DNA from: the human T2T-CHM13v2.0 reference genome, Homo sapiens
Length of the DNA: 64,000 nucleotides
Reading direction: 5' to 3' (one strand)
NCBI RefSeq assembly: GCF_009914755.1
Contig: NC_060927.1
Of this stretch, positions 14,462 to 28,344 are shown piece by piece (position 1 is the first letter of the stretch; the number at the start of each line of letters is the position of its first letter). A program made the translations under genes and the position numbers. A model generated the notes under the pieces. That model was not told the origin of the DNA. It did not search any database and was given only the letters and a program-made list of their open reading frames with translations.

Positions 14462-15219
14462 GTAAGCCAGGCAGCACCTACAGCGTAGATTTGGGGGCCA
14501 GATGCTGGCCAGGTTTTGCTCACGGGAGGGGAATCCCACGGCCTCTGCATTCAGGAAGGTGAGGTAGCTTAAGTGTTTCTGGTCTTGCCACCCGGAAGGC
14601 CATCTTGTCTCTGTTAGATGATGGCAGGGCCAGATCCACTTTTGAGGTCAAGGCATTTATGGTAAGCTTCTGGGATTTAGTACCAAAGAGGTTTTTGTTT
14701 GAGAACCAGGGAGATCCAAGTTCAGATCCAAGCTCTGCTACTTGCTAGATCCAAATCCCGTGTCCACTTTGATTGTTAGTTTCAGAACCAGCAAAATGAG
14801 TTAACAAGTCATAGCATTTGCAGTTTTTCTGAGATGATGCTTACTTTGTTGTAGTCACATAATAACTCCTCTTTACCTTAGAATTTTTTTTCATAGTCTT
14901 TCACTGAAAATTAAATTGGGTGATAGGAAAACATTTAGCATATTATGTGGTATTTAATATATGTAAGATTAAAATGGCAGATTGTAAGCTATCCGGATTC
15001 TCACTGCTTCTCATGGGAAGCCAGGTTGCAGCCTCTGTTTAGAAGTTGTGTTTTTTCAGCCGGACCGTCTCAGCCAGCTCAGCTGAGCAACTCCGTCAAG
15101 CCCACTCGTTTGGCCTGGGTGCCCTCACCTCTCAGACTAACGTAGGAGGCTTCTGCCCTTTATCTGACAGGCTTCACCAGTGAGAAACAGGTGTCATATT
15201 TTCATCTCTCCCTCCCTTC

Positions 15220-16150
15220 TTTCCATTCACTCAATTTTGAGCCCACACTTTGTGCCAGTCTTCTAGACACAAATGATTTCTGAAGAAGTGAGTAAAACAG
15301 ATAAGAATCCTTACTGTCATGGAGCTTACAGTTTAGTGGAGGAGGCAGGCAATAAACAAAGCAAATAAGTAAAACATGTAATTTCTAAGATGGTGGTAAC
15401 TGGATAATGGAGAAAGCTTAAATCTGGAAAGGGGAGGGGCCCATGGGGGCCTAGCAGGAGTGTTCAGAGTGGTCAAGGAGATGATACCTGAGCAAAGACC
15501 TAAAGGAGGAGGGAACCAAATGGGTTCCACCTGGGGCAAGTTCCAAGTAGAGGAAACAGCACATGCAACGGCCCTGAGGCAAGGGCATGCCTGGTGTGCA
15601 CCAGGAACAGCCAGAGGTCAGTGGGGCTGAGACGTGAAGACAGGGGTAAGGTGGCAGAAAAGGGTATCAGAAAGAAACAAGGTAGAGCAGGATCGGGTCA
15701 TGCTGCACAGCCTTGTGGGCCATTGTTAATGCACTGCCTTTCACTCGAAGATGAGTAGGGTTTGGTACAGAAGAATGTTATGATTTGACTTGAAGATTAC
15801 TTGGCTGCTGTGTTGAATACAGACTGAAGAGGAGCAGGGGCAGAAACAGAGACCATCGGGGAGACTACTGGACTAGTTCAAGAAGGACACGATTGTGTCT
15901 CAGATGAGGGTAGCCGTGTAGGTGGTGAGAATTCATTGTGTATAGATCTATTTTGAAGGTGGGAGCAACAGAATCTGCTGGCAGATTGGGTCTGTTCCTA
16001 ATTGGCTGGAACAGAAGAATAAGGAAGGAGGTCATCTCAGGTTTCCTCGGGCGTCTGACGGTAACCATAAGCCCTTTAGTGCTGCAGACCAGCAAGTTTA
16101 TGAAGTATGTTGTATTTTGGGGTGAGCATAGGAACACTAGACTCACCTTC
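15220..16150 (-). mobile_element. L2 fragment
   Basis: cattcactca...tgtgccag; cttactgtcatggagcttacagtttagtgg; aggaaacagcacatgcaacggccctgaggc. Confidence 0.75.
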
Positions 16151-17614
16151 ATGTCATCCCTTCTCCAGGAAAAAGTATTGTGCAAATATGTTTGAAGCCC
16201 ATTGGTAAACTGGAGGCCACCTAGTGTGAGTTTAACTAATCAAGTGAGGTTAACAAGGTCAGCATGCCTATCTCTTGGCTCTGCTCAGCACTGTTTGGTT
16301 TTAGTCTCAGACTGTCACCACAGGGGAGCAGAGAAGTCCCACAGCTGCCACAGCATAAAGAAACACTTTGTACCCAGCAATTCTGGCAAAACCCTCCAGA
16401 TTGTTTCTGACTGGCCCACCTTGGATCCTCTACCCACCCCTAAATGGATCACAGTGACCAAGAAGGACCATGGGGCCAAACAGGCATCAATACCCAGCCA
16501 GCCAAAACATGAGTATTTACTACAGGTTTCTTATAGGGAAGGGCTGTGTCATGTAGTAAACAGCTTTAAAATCCTTCCATTCAAGATGTATTTTCCCTTT
16601 AGAAAATGACAACTGTTTATACTTCTGAAAATCTCAGTGAGTCCAAATGGAAAATATGAATTGAATAATATCTTAATATTTCCTGTCTGAAATATTTTTA
16701 TGATGTTTATTATACATGTATGCATATATTTCATCAAAAGCTTCATTTAAAGTAACCAGAGCTTTAAACTTCATCCAACAGAGTCTGGACTTGAGCTTTT
16801 ACCAAATTCCTACTCCCAGTAGCACAAAAAATGAGTGTGAAAAAGAAAATTCTTATAGAGCAAGGAAAGTAAAATTAAATTAGTGTTAGGATGAATGAGT
16901 TGGCTAAGCATACAGCCTAGAGGGGACAAGGACCTTTTTTCTGTCCAACTTTTAAAAAATTATTATTAATGCGAAAGAAGAAAGCATTGGGGAGCTCACA
17001 TAGAAAATTGGTAAATACAGAGGAGACATGCGTTTCCCTTTGGCAATGCAGTTTTTTAGCTAGAACAACAGTGCTTTTCTTCTGCCTTTTGAGGCACAGT
17101 AAGACTGGATGATTGGCAAACAGACTTGACATAAGTAGAGCATTGAGGCAGATCAAAACCTTCTGGATCATTTCTTCAGGAGGCAGGCCTGGCACCGGGG
17201 GGTTCAAACCTGCTCACTGTGGCAGCATTTTCTACCACAACCAAGGAATGGCCCTTTGCAGTTATTCTGATTTTTGAGTGTGTTTTCTCCAAGTTGTTGA
17301 TACTACAACTTAATAGGTTCATGAAATAGTGGAAAACTACACTCAAGGTCTCTGAATTCTGTCTCTTCCAAGTCTCCCGCTGTACAGTGGTGTTAGTGCT
17401 AATGTTCAGTGAGTCCTTTTGAGTGCCAGGCACTGTGCCAAGCACTTGGGTGGCACCAACTCATGTGATTCTCACAACAGATCTGTACGGTAGGTACTAT
17501 CACTGTCCTTTCTATTTGACCCACATTCTTTGACCAAGGAAGAGAACGAGAACTCACATTTGTTGAAAGCCTGCTATGGGCCAAATAGTTGGCAATATCA
17601 TCACCAGAACCCTT

Positions 17615-18165
17615 TTGTTGTTCAGAACCCTTTTCTATTGCAGTTGACAAAAATCCATTTCAAAATGCCTTAAAGCTCAAGGGGAAAAAAAAAAGTTTGA
17701 TTCATGGAATTGAGAAGTTCAGGAGCATTGGGCCTGGCTGAATTTGTAAGATGGAACATCAGGACTTGGCTGGTTTGGTCTGTCTGTGTTTCTCTTGCCG
17801 TCAGTTTCTGGGATTTGCTGTCTGTGTGGTCTTCTCGCTCAAGCAGGCCCTCTGCCTGTTTGTACAGAGCAGCCTCTGGCCATGTTAGACTTACATGTCT
17901 CCACCCCAGTGCAAAGGGAATCTTTCTTCTCTAATAGTTCCACTTAAGTCCCAACATGGCATCTCTTATTACTGACTTCTGTCATTTGTCCATACCCCGG
18001 AGTCGTCTGGTGGCCAAAAGGATGGAACATTCTTGTCAGGCCTAGGTCTTATATTTAACTCTGGAGCTCAGAAGTAGGATCAGTACCATTGCCATCAAAA
18101 CCTTGGACTGAAGCCGAACAAGGGATGGCTTTCCAAAGGACCATCAAGACCTAAAAAAGTGAGTA
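17615..18165. mobile_element. MLT1-type MaLR LTR
   Basis: ttgcagttgacaaaaatccatttcaaaatgccttaaagc start and ggatggctttccaaagg near the end are MLT1-like. Confidence 0.55.
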
Positions 18166-19269
18166 GAAGGTTCAGCTAAGTATTCTGTTACTTAAAAAAT
18201 TATAAAGCTGTTTCTATTGCATGTGCACTGGAGCCATTTTCAGCTTCCTATTATTTATGCAATGCTTACAGAGTTCCTGCCATGCATCCTGGTGGGCCTA
18301 GAGATTTAGAGATCAGGTCCCTTGGCCCTCACAGTCCATTGGAAGAGGCAGATGAGTAAATAGAATTGAGTATGGGGAGTATTTGGAGAAGGATAAATCC
18401 AAGTTGCTATAACAGCATATAGGAAGGGCTTCAGCCCAACCTGGAATAGGGGTTGGGGTCAGGGAAAGCTCCCTGGAGGACCTGGGCCTTGAACCACAAC
18501 CAGCTGTCAGCCAGGTGAAGAGGGTGTGGAAGAATGAGGCTGGGGAGAAAAAGCCTGGCCTACTGCAAGCAGATAATGTGGCTCAGTGTTGTTGGAGCAG
18601 AGTGTGGGGACAGCAAGGGCCGGATCATGAGGGCCTCATCGAAGGGAGATGTGCCATATCCTGAGGATGATGGGAAGGTATTGAAGGAGCCAAAACTGCA
18701 GGAGGGCAAGATCAGAAAGAAACACTACTGTGTCTAGAGACTGTAACACGGGCCTATAGTCACATAGCCTGGATTTGGAGCCACACTCCACCACACTGTT
18801 TATCTGTGCAGCTGTGGAGCATGTGTTCCTACCAGCAGTGCTGTCATCTCTAAGGTGTGAATTTGTTTTGGGGAGATTTTTATAAACTTATTTTGTGTAT
18901 AAAGCACAGATTTACATATACATAAATAGCATTGTGCATTCGTGGTATTAAAATTGGCACTGGGCAATTGGGGGGGCGGAGTCTAAAAGGGCCCCTCAGA
19001 GGAGGTGCCAATGAAAAACAGGTTGAGAAACACTGCTTTAGACAAAGACTTCTCCACCAACTTCGGTTTCCTCATCTGCAAAATATAGTTAAGAAATGGG
19101 CCACAAGTTCACGTGAGGATTCGGTGCAAGCTATGGAAAATGCTTGTCCTGGTGCCTGGCACATGGTGAATGTGAGGTAGTGTTATACCAGATCTGACTT
19201 TAGGGAAAAATGGAAAATGTAACTCTGGGTCCTGGTATGCCTCAAATGAAGTTTTTTTTTAATAAGGAA

Positions 19270-19630
19270 AATCAAATGTACAGAGCTAAATGAATTTTGT
19301 CCTTTAAATGTCATCACATTGTATAGCTGTACAGAGTTTCCAATATGTCCATTGCATACAACATGCTTGAAAATAACTTTTGGAATTTCTTTCTAGAGTT
19401 CATTCTTTTGAAGGATCTCAGTTGTGCAAAGTATTTATCCTAGAAATAGATAAAACTCATCTGTTTAGAGCTAAATATAGCATAAATGTAGGTTAACCAA
19501 CTGAGCAGAACCACTTTGGGCCAAAAAAGGAAAGGGGTGACTATAATGTTAATGAAATTGGTTTGGGTGATGCTCCTAATAGGCCTTAAAGTCAATTCCA
19601 GAGGAGGACATCCCTAAATAACTGGGTTAA
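19270..19630. mobile_element. MARNA-like ancient mariner relic
   Basis: ttgggccaaaaaagg...gtgactataatgttaatgaaattg...aagtcaattccagaggagg resembles MARNA as I recall it. Confidence 0.45.
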
Positions 19631-19710
19631 AGACATGACCCCACTCCCACCCGCAACCCCAGGAAACAACTCTGAAGCCCAGTGGCCAGCCTCATTAATT
19701 CCAGGTTGGC

Positions 19711-20040
19711 TGTATTAGAGTAAGCTTCATTGATGTTGCAGCAGACACACCCTAGAACCCCAGTGGCTTAATAACACACAAAGGTTTATTTCCCACCCAC
19801 GTGAGGTCTGACAGGGTTGAGCCGCCCTCCTCCACCAGTGGTTTCTCTTTCTGGAACACATATCTCCCAAACTGGTGTAGCAGGGATAGAGAAGTTGAGG
19901 AGGCACCAAGCTCTCAACTGCTTGGCCTAGAAGTGGAACCCTTCACTCCTTCATTCACCACTGGCCACAGATGGTCACACAGCCCCAAGGACACAGATGA
20001 GGTAGGGGGAACACGTGGGTATTTGTTAAGCACTGCCACA
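19711..20040. mobile_element. MaLR/ERVL-type LTR fragment
   Basis: tgtattagagtaagc...ccagtggcttaataacacacaaaggtttatttc...cactgccaca, with TG...CA ends. Confidence 0.55.
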
Positions 20041-21135
20041 GTATTCTTAAATATTTAAACCCATTGGTATCATTGAATTATGTATATGTTTCCTGAAAGG
20101 GAGAACTTTGGAGACCAATCATTAGTCTGTACTTAAAATTTGGCTGAAACTAAAAACCATGAGCAGAAACCTCGGATACCTGTATGTCTGAGAGACCTCA
20201 GACATCAGTCTCATCGGGGACTATTTGAGCAGTGTTTTTATAGGCAGCAACATGGATCTGTGGGGAGACATTTATTCTAAAATGTTTTTAGCTGAGCTGT
20301 TTCAGGTAGGACACTATAGTTCTCCCTTGAATGTCCCTCGCAAAGGTCTGCCTTGAAGAGCTGTAGGAACCAGAATCTGTAAAAACACAGAAGTTGCTAT
20401 AAAACTAGGAAGAAATGTAAGCAAAGTGATTTTGGACAAGGGGCAGGGTTGTGAGGCAGATAATAAAAATAAAATCAACTAACAGTTACAGCTTTAATGG
20501 CACCCTATTGTGTGCCTTATAAATATTGCAATCCATACAAGCATGCAGTGGTTCAGAGCTATTGGAAATAAGGGGAAAAAATCAATTCAAAAGTTTTCAC
20601 AGTGTGCCATTTTGGTCTTTTTACTTAAGATGGTAGTAAAACATACCTTTTGAATTCCAACAGTCAGATACTGCATTCCAAGAGCTTCGCATCCCCTGCC
20701 TTACCAAGACAAGCTGTTTTTATGGCAATAATGTGCTGACATTCCTGAAAAGACTTGGAGCAGCACAGCTGCTGCCACTCAGAGAGAAGAGGAAAATTTT
20801 GGAAGGTTTCTTTTTGATTTACATAATTTGAGGTTAATGCTGGGAGAGGAGCTATGGGAGAGGAGCTATGTGCCCGGTGTCCAATCAGTGTGCTAGGGGG
20901 TGCAACTTATTAGTTGTGCTGTAGAATAGCATAGCTATTAAGAGCCAGACATTTCTGTCTGCTTAGAATTGTATTACAAAGATATTTTTAGTTTTGTTTT
21001 TTTTTTTTCTGTAATCCTGAGGGATGTTGCATAGAAGGTAGTTCTTATTGCTCTGATGAGCAATATCTCACCCCTGAAATGGCTTTGTATATCTGAAAAG
21101 GCTTTGTATATCTAAAGGTTCTTAAGCAAAAAACC

Positions 21136-21431
21136 TTTTTTTTTTTTTTTGAGATGGAGTTTCACTTTTGTCACCGAGGCTGTAGTGCAATGGTGTGATC
21201 TCGGCTCACTGCACCTCCACCTCCTGGGTTCAAGCAATTCTCCTGCCTCAGCCTCTCGCATAGCAGGGATTACAGGCACCCACCACCACGCCCAGCTAAT
21301 TTTTGTATTTTTGGTAGAGACGGATTTTGCCATGTTGGCCAGGCTAGTCTCAAACTCCTGACCTCAGGTGATCCACCCGCCTCTGTCTCCCAAAGTGCTG
21401 GGATTACAGGTGTCAGCCACCACGCCTGGCC
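21136..21431 (-). mobile_element. AluS-like element, antisense to PTPRG
   Basis: Poly(T) followed by gagatggag ... cacgcctggcc; target-site duplication aagcaaaaaacc / aagcaaagaacc. Confidence 0.96.
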
Positions 21432-23718
21432 AAGCAAAGAACCTTTTATGACTATGTACCATACTAGACATGTGCTCAGCAGATTATACCCCCACCTAAT
21501 TAGTATACGAATCCTGGGAAATAATCAGTATTGTTATGTTCATTTTGCAGATCAGAAAACAGAGGCTTAGTAAGATCATGTGACATCCCCAAGTCGCAGC
21601 GTTAATTTTTGGTGGATTGTGGATTTGAACCCAGACAATTTGACTTCATAGCCCACTGGGTTAGCCAATACGTTATCTTGTCCAGAGGAGGAGTAGCATG
21701 CCTGGTGGCATATACTTCCCTCCATAGCCTACTTTTATAGTGCATGTTTATGTGTCAAAAAGACACTCCAGGAAAAGGGGATGTCTCTGCTGCTGGACAT
21801 GGTGGGAGTAAACTGGTTTGGAAGGCCAGATATAAATCATCCTTTGTTTTGGATTTGCCAAAATCATGTGAAAGAAAACTTAAGAAACCAATTATATTTT
21901 CAGGTGTTCTGGAAGCTAACTAGTGGTACTCACTCAGTTACATCTCCATTATTTGAGAAGATTTTTATGTTGAATAATATAACCTATTTGGTCTTAGTCC
22001 CAGCTGATCAGTGCTAGTTTTCTTGATATTAAATGTTTAATATCTTATTGACCATAATTCTAGCCTAGAAAAAGACTTGCAAAAGTATAGAGCAGCTTTA
22101 CTTCTCAAATTCAGATAGGACTGAGCTAACTGCAGATTCTGGAACAGAAAACTGGAAACTCCCTAAGTGGGAATTGTAACATCTGACCCAGGTTTGTTAA
22201 AATTTGGTATGAGAAGGATTTCACACTCTGATCTGGTAGATTCACTTCAGCACATGACCAAGCCATCTGTAAATTCTGTGGTAAATCAGTCAACACCAAT
22301 TTAGCCACATATGCAAATAGGAAAAGGTCTCTCTTTTACTCTAAGTCCCATCTTTAGATTTTCAGAAATTTTGCCATGTGTTGGTGCCTCCTCATTAAGA
22401 ATGCTGTTCATGAAAACAAGTGAGTTTTGTTGACATTGCAATTTTTTTTCTTCCCTGGATGTTCAGTGGGAGACAGAGTGTAATAAATATGAAGGGATGC
22501 AAACCGCAAATGTGTGGGGGATTTGTGTTGGCATAATGGAGGCTCAGGCAAACAAACAGATGCATGCGAGAGTCGAGAGTGGCATGTGGTAACACCCCTC
22601 TCTTGCTTGAGGGATGACTGACCACATGTGCCTCACTGGAACACAGATCCCTCCTGTACTGCCACAGTAGCAACAATGACACCAGAGCTGCTGTGAGCCC
22701 AGGCACATGTTCTTCACCCATCTGCTCTAGCGGCCGACACTTCCAGGTCTACTTGACGATGACTGGGTTTTTGGTATAGGTGTTTGTCCCCTTTTCACCC
22801 CAGCAAAGTCACAAAGGAGACAGGTATCATAAGAATGACTTCTCACATACAGGTAACTGTGAAGACGTAGGAAAGGGGAAACACCCCTGTTAACCAGCAA
22901 TAATAGCTGAATTAATACAAAGAACACCTTATGTTATTTAATCCTCCAGCAGCCATGTGTGGTAGGCAAGGAATCAGGGACTGCATCATTCTTGTCCCAA
23001 GAGAGGAAACGGTTTCCAGAAGGGGGAATGACTTGTCCAGGATCATAGAGCTTGTAAGTTTTAGAATTTCTCAGACTTAGGGTTTTGGGTTTTTTGTTGA
23101 CCTAAGGCCCTTTATGGCTGGCCTAGTTACTCCTTTGTTAGTTCATTCAACATTTCTTAAGCATCTAGTTAGTTCCAGGCACTGGAGAGCCATTGAGGGG
23201 ACAGAGTTCCTGCATTTAAGGGGCTCATACCTGAGAGGAAGAGAGGAGCAGGTAAACCAAGGTAATCCCAAATAGAGGTCAAAAACTGGTGGCCTCCAGA
23301 CCAATTTTATTTAGCTAACATGTTTTTTTAAAATCTTGAATTATTTAGAAAATAGAAAGATGTGATGAAAAACCCCAGTTATCTGGCTTCTTCTGATAAA
23401 CCGGACAATTTAGCAATGTGTTCTCAGATTCCCTTGTGTCCGTTGGTGGCTGGATGGTGCTATGGTGGCCCATTTTTGAGAGGCTCTCCCTTGCCAGTTT
23501 GCCAGTCTCTGCCCTCCCCGCTATTCCCTGCCTGTTTGGCCCCTGTGGGTGGTTGATTTTGCATTCCCCTGGGTTGCAATAGTGATCAAGGAAAATAGTG
23601 TGTTCTGGGAAGGACTCTGACCACAGCCAGGGTTAGGTGAGAAGGAGAGGGAGCCAAGAAGGATTTCTCGGAGGAGAGAATGTTTGGACTGTATTTTTTA
23701 CAAAACAAAGAAAAAGGA

Positions 23719-24030
23719 GGCTGGGCGCGGTGGCTCATGCCTGTCATCTCAGCACTTTGGGAGGTCAAGGTAGGTGGATCACGAGGTCAGGAGTTCAAGA
23801 ACAGCCTGGCCAAAATGGTGAAACCCCGTCTACTAAAAATACAAAAACAATTAGCCGGATGTGGTGGTGGGTGCCTGTAATCCCAGCTACTTGGGAGGCT
23901 GAGGCAGAGAATTGCTTAAAATCAGAGGATGCAGTAGGTGGAGATCACGCCATTGCACTCCAGCCTGGGCAACAGAGCAAAACTCCATCTCAAAAAAAAA
24001 AAAGAAAGAAAGAAAAAAGAAAAAGAAAAA
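23719..24030 (+). mobile_element. AluS-like element
   Basis: ggctgggcgcggtggctc start, A-rich tail; target-site duplication aaagaaaaagga on both sides. Confidence 0.95.
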
Positions 24031-26702
24031 GGACAAGTGCTCCAGGCAGAGGTCGCTGTGTAGGAGATGACCCAGAAGCACTGGATCATGGCACATTCAT
24101 TATTTCTTAGGGCAAACTCTGCCAAACTGCCCTTCCTTTATGCAAAGCAAAGTCCACTGTTAACGGGTAGAATCAGATTCTTTTCTGGAAGATTCTACAT
24201 GTACAAAGTACAAAGGCACTGGGTCAGTCCTGGTTGCTCAATGTCCTCTTATGCTGAGGGAGAGTGAGAATCAAAAGGTAGGTTTATATAAAACTTTGTC
24301 TAGTTTGGAAAACTCTGAGCTTCCAAGTCATTATTTTTGGTGGGTTTGTGTGATCACCATCTTTTCTACCAACAGACCATTTACTGGACCACAGGTATTC
24401 TGGCATCATTTTTTTCTTTTAAAACTGGTGAGTGTGCCATTCTTTTCTTTTTGGAACCCATATCTGTGGCCATATTTCAAGACTTTTTTTTAATCATTAG
24501 GAATAATTTTTACAGTTCAGCTTTTCAAAGCCTGACAATGTGTCAAGCCATTGGGGAGAGCTCAAGCACATTTTGTGGTGCCAAAATATGGCTTGCCTCA
24601 GAGGGTTTGAGTTTATGACGACACCCTGGTGTTAAACTATCTTGCTCTGAGATGCTAAAAGAGATGGGGGTAGGGAGTCTTTTGAGGTCCCCAAACTGTT
24701 CCTGGAGGTGGTCACCCCTTTTTTTCTTTCTCTATGTGCCTGTGCTGGGAGATCTGGGTCACATGGCAGCTAATGCTGTGGATCCCAGGCAACTTTTTGC
24801 TCAATAACTGTTTCCCAAATGGCTACTCAGGGGCCTTTCAGAATTCACGAGAGCTGTCAGTTGTTATAGTAACCGGCCCCCTGCTGTCGAATTGGCCCTG
24901 AGATGCCAGTGGAAGCTCTTGGAACAAGCTAACACATAGTCATTAGACAAAAGCGGAAAGAGATTCACTGCTAAAGGTTGCCAGTTAAACATGCTCCATG
25001 ATACTTAAAAAGCTGGACTGATTCTGTTAGGGAAGCGGTGGGTGGGTAAATTTTTAAACCAAGCTTACTTTTCAGGAAAGGGAAGCTCCTTGTATGTTCA
25101 GTCTATTCTAGGTAACAACCATCTTTCTTTGGATTTCTCAGAATTAACTGTCTTCTCCCCCCGGGGTTAATTATGTCTGTTCTGCTGGTTTGCTCAGGTA
25201 GCCTCAAATATCTCAATTATTCAAGATATTAGTTATTGATTGTGTGGCATTTGCTTCTCAGCAAAAGTGTTGTCAGTTTACGGGTGGTAGTTTTAAGCGC
25301 CTGTGATTGTGTGTGAGGAAAAACTGCGGAGATAGCCGGCTCTGCTCCAAAATTCCTGAAAGAGTGAATCTGGCAGAATTCAGAGTAGGGCTAAGGGTTG
25401 AGAAAAAGTCTAAATATTTTAGGAAGCTGCAAATTTCAAGTTTTTATGAGAATTTGTAAAAACATTCCAACACACTCATGATTTCTTCAGATTAATGTTC
25501 ATAGCCACACTGAGTATATCCATGATGTTTGTAGGACAGTTGTTGTAGTTCCAGGATGTACTCAATAGAGGGAGACAAGAAGTTCTGTGTTACAGCAATC
25601 CCTCCCCCCTTTTAATCGTATTTCCAAGTTTGACTTCTCCAAGTTTTGGTTCCTGTGCCAAGCACTTTTACCCAATATGGAGTCTAATAATTAATACAAT
25701 CATTGAAAGCTTGTATTAAGGGTGAAGAAAACCTAACACTCCAGAATTAGAGGATGTTCATTCCTAGAAGTGAAAAACCACCAGCGGACTCAATAGTTAA
25801 CAAAATGTTAACTCCTTTGGAATTACATACCTGGCTTCAGAATTCTTTGTGGGACTCAACAGAACTTCCAAAAAAAGAGAACTTCCATATATCTGAGTTT
25901 GTCATTGCTATTTTATCAACAGAGTTTGGAAAGAATAGGAATCATTTCAGTGTGAAATCCTATAGCCCAGCTGGTTTGGGAGACTAAATATAATTAAATA
26001 AATACTTTCAAGTGTTCTTGTGTGACAGAAGTGCATCTTTCAAATTCTGTAGCCAAGTCTCAGATGCTACAGTTATTTAAGTTTTAAGGAGAAACTAAAT
26101 ATAGGACTTAATATATAGTAATAACTTGCCAACTGCTGTTCCCATCTCCCTGAGGTGCCTCTCCTATTTATTCTCCAATCTGTATTGTGAATTAAGAAAA
26201 TGTTTGTTCTGAGATGAGAGGAAAGCATGGGGTAAAAGACAAAACCCGAAATGTGTCTAATGGCACCAAATTCAGAGACATTTGTGGCAGAAGGGAGGAC
26301 CAAATGATCTCCAAGTTCACTTTACTCCAATGATATTTTAAGCCATTCTGTTTGCCAGGGCAGTGTGTCAAAGGTGGAAGAGTGGGTATATGAATGACAA
26401 GGGTCATCACTGTGTTTGTGATATCCTAACCTTCCATTAACACCGGGGTAATAGAGGCTGCGAATATGTAAAGATGACTTAAAAGAGTAAAGTTCCCACT
26501 GGGTATTTCTTACCTCAGCATAAAAGCTCCTCATAAGCTCCTTTGTGCATAAGCATCCTCTTTTGAAAATGTCACAGATGAGGCCTGATGACGGGGTCTG
26601 TCTGTGTTAGATGGGAGGGGAGGGCATTTGTATGCAACTCTTGGTGGCCAATTGAAAATACTGTATTCTACACCTGTTCTCTTTTGTTTTTTGTCCATTT
26701 AG

Positions 26703-26789
26703 AGGGTGTAACAAAATAAAGTCCAAGGGCTTTCCCAGACGTTTCCGTGAAGTGCCTTCTTCTGGGGAGAGAGGAGAGAAGGGGAGCAG
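26703..26789 (+). CDS. PTPRG: PTPRG 87-nt juxtamembrane cassette exon (about exon 14): (R)[28 protein letters not shown](R)
   Basis: Long polypyrimidine tract ending tttag, donor AG|gtgagg; 87 nt, phase 2-2, so skipping keeps the frame. Corresponds to the 29-aa segment absent from the known shorter RPTPgamma isoform. Confidence 0.95.
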
Positions 26790-28344
26790 GTGAGGGGCGG
26801 TCAAGCTTAAGTGGGGGGCGTCTTGATGGCCGGGACTGGCTTGCCAAATTTTTGTTTTGTTGCCATGGGGATTGAAGTCTTGTAGATGGCACAGTGCTGA
26901 AACTCACCTGCTTTACCTGAATTCCCAAAAGTAAGACTTGCAAATATCAATTCAGCTTGTGGGTAGCTGGTACCAATTAAAAGTATGTCCTGTGTGTGCT
27001 TGCTTTGCTTTATTTTGCAGTTTTGGGGGTGTTATTTGTTTCCGGGTTTGTATGTACTGGGGGTGCTCTATGTTTGTGTGTCTGTATGTGTGTTGCATCC
27101 ATTTTCTTTCCAAATTTTTAGATATTTGCATGGTTTTGAGCTTTTAAAAAAACATATAATGCATGCATATAGCCTTATGTGAAAAATACCTCTTAGAAAC
27201 CTAAATTTGTAGATAAGTTAGGGATGAAGAGTAGGAAGGGGAGAGAGAAGTGAGCAAACATGGATGTACTATGTGTTTTTCCTTAAGAATGGTGAAGTTG
27301 TTTTTTTTTTTTAAAAAAAGGAAATGCATATGAGTTCTGGATAGTTTGAATACTTGGAAAAATTATTGTCCTGGAAAGAGTTATAGTAAATGTTTGGAAC
27401 TCATGATTGTACAGTTTTAATCACCACACTTGAGTCTCTTGATAATATTTCTGTAAGGCCTGTCTTAGGCAAACTGTATTTAATATTAATATCTTTTAAT
27501 ATTAAGTTGCTAATTAGACTAATTCACTAATCCATATTATGTCAGGAGCAGTCCCTTTTTACTTTCAATGAACCAATTTATAGGATTTATGTTAGAATTT
27601 TTACATGGAATGATTCATCTCCATTGGTTGTGGGTAAATCAGAATACTGAGATGAAATTTTAGATATCCAACTATTATAATCAGATAAACCTATGAAATC
27701 TGAGAAGGTATAGTTTAGGAGTTGTGACAGATTAATGAGAAAGTATATGATCTATTTTCTTTTACACTGTACTGTGCAATTTTGGCCTTGTAGGGAAAGC
27801 AATAACTGCTAACACTGGTAACTAAATTATTCTGTGATCCCTTTTTGCTTATTAATGTCTTTAATTTCTAATACATTTTCAAAACTAAGGATAGAAACTG
27901 AAATAGAAATTTCTCTGTATAGTTTTGGAGTCAAAGACTAATCTTAAGAGAGGAAGACGTTGGACATCACTTAAATGCTTAACTGTCATACCCAGTCCAT
28001 TATAAATATGTTGTGTTTTTGACTATAACACTTTAAAAACCCAGCATCACCTTATGAATATCACAAAGATAAATGCACATCCAATTTCAGGTCCTCCCCA
28101 GAAGTGATGATGTAGCCTGCCAGACTATTTCTTTTATGTACTTCGACCCCCACGTCAGTGGGCCCATTATAGATATATTTTAGATCCTAACAGAGATGCC
28201 CCAGTCTCTCTGGTATCTTCTCTGCTGCTCAGTGAAGGAAGCACAATCAGTTTCATCTAGGTCTAGGAGTTGGGAACCATCTTGTGAAACTACAGGTATT
28301 TATAGAATCCCTCTGATTGTGAATCATATCATTTACTTTTTTAA

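Noticed and set aside
14462-14470. Immediate stop (AGG TAA) on read-through of the TM exon donor
   Set aside because: An automatic consequence of a phase-2 GTAA donor; no nearby evidence for a terminal exon.
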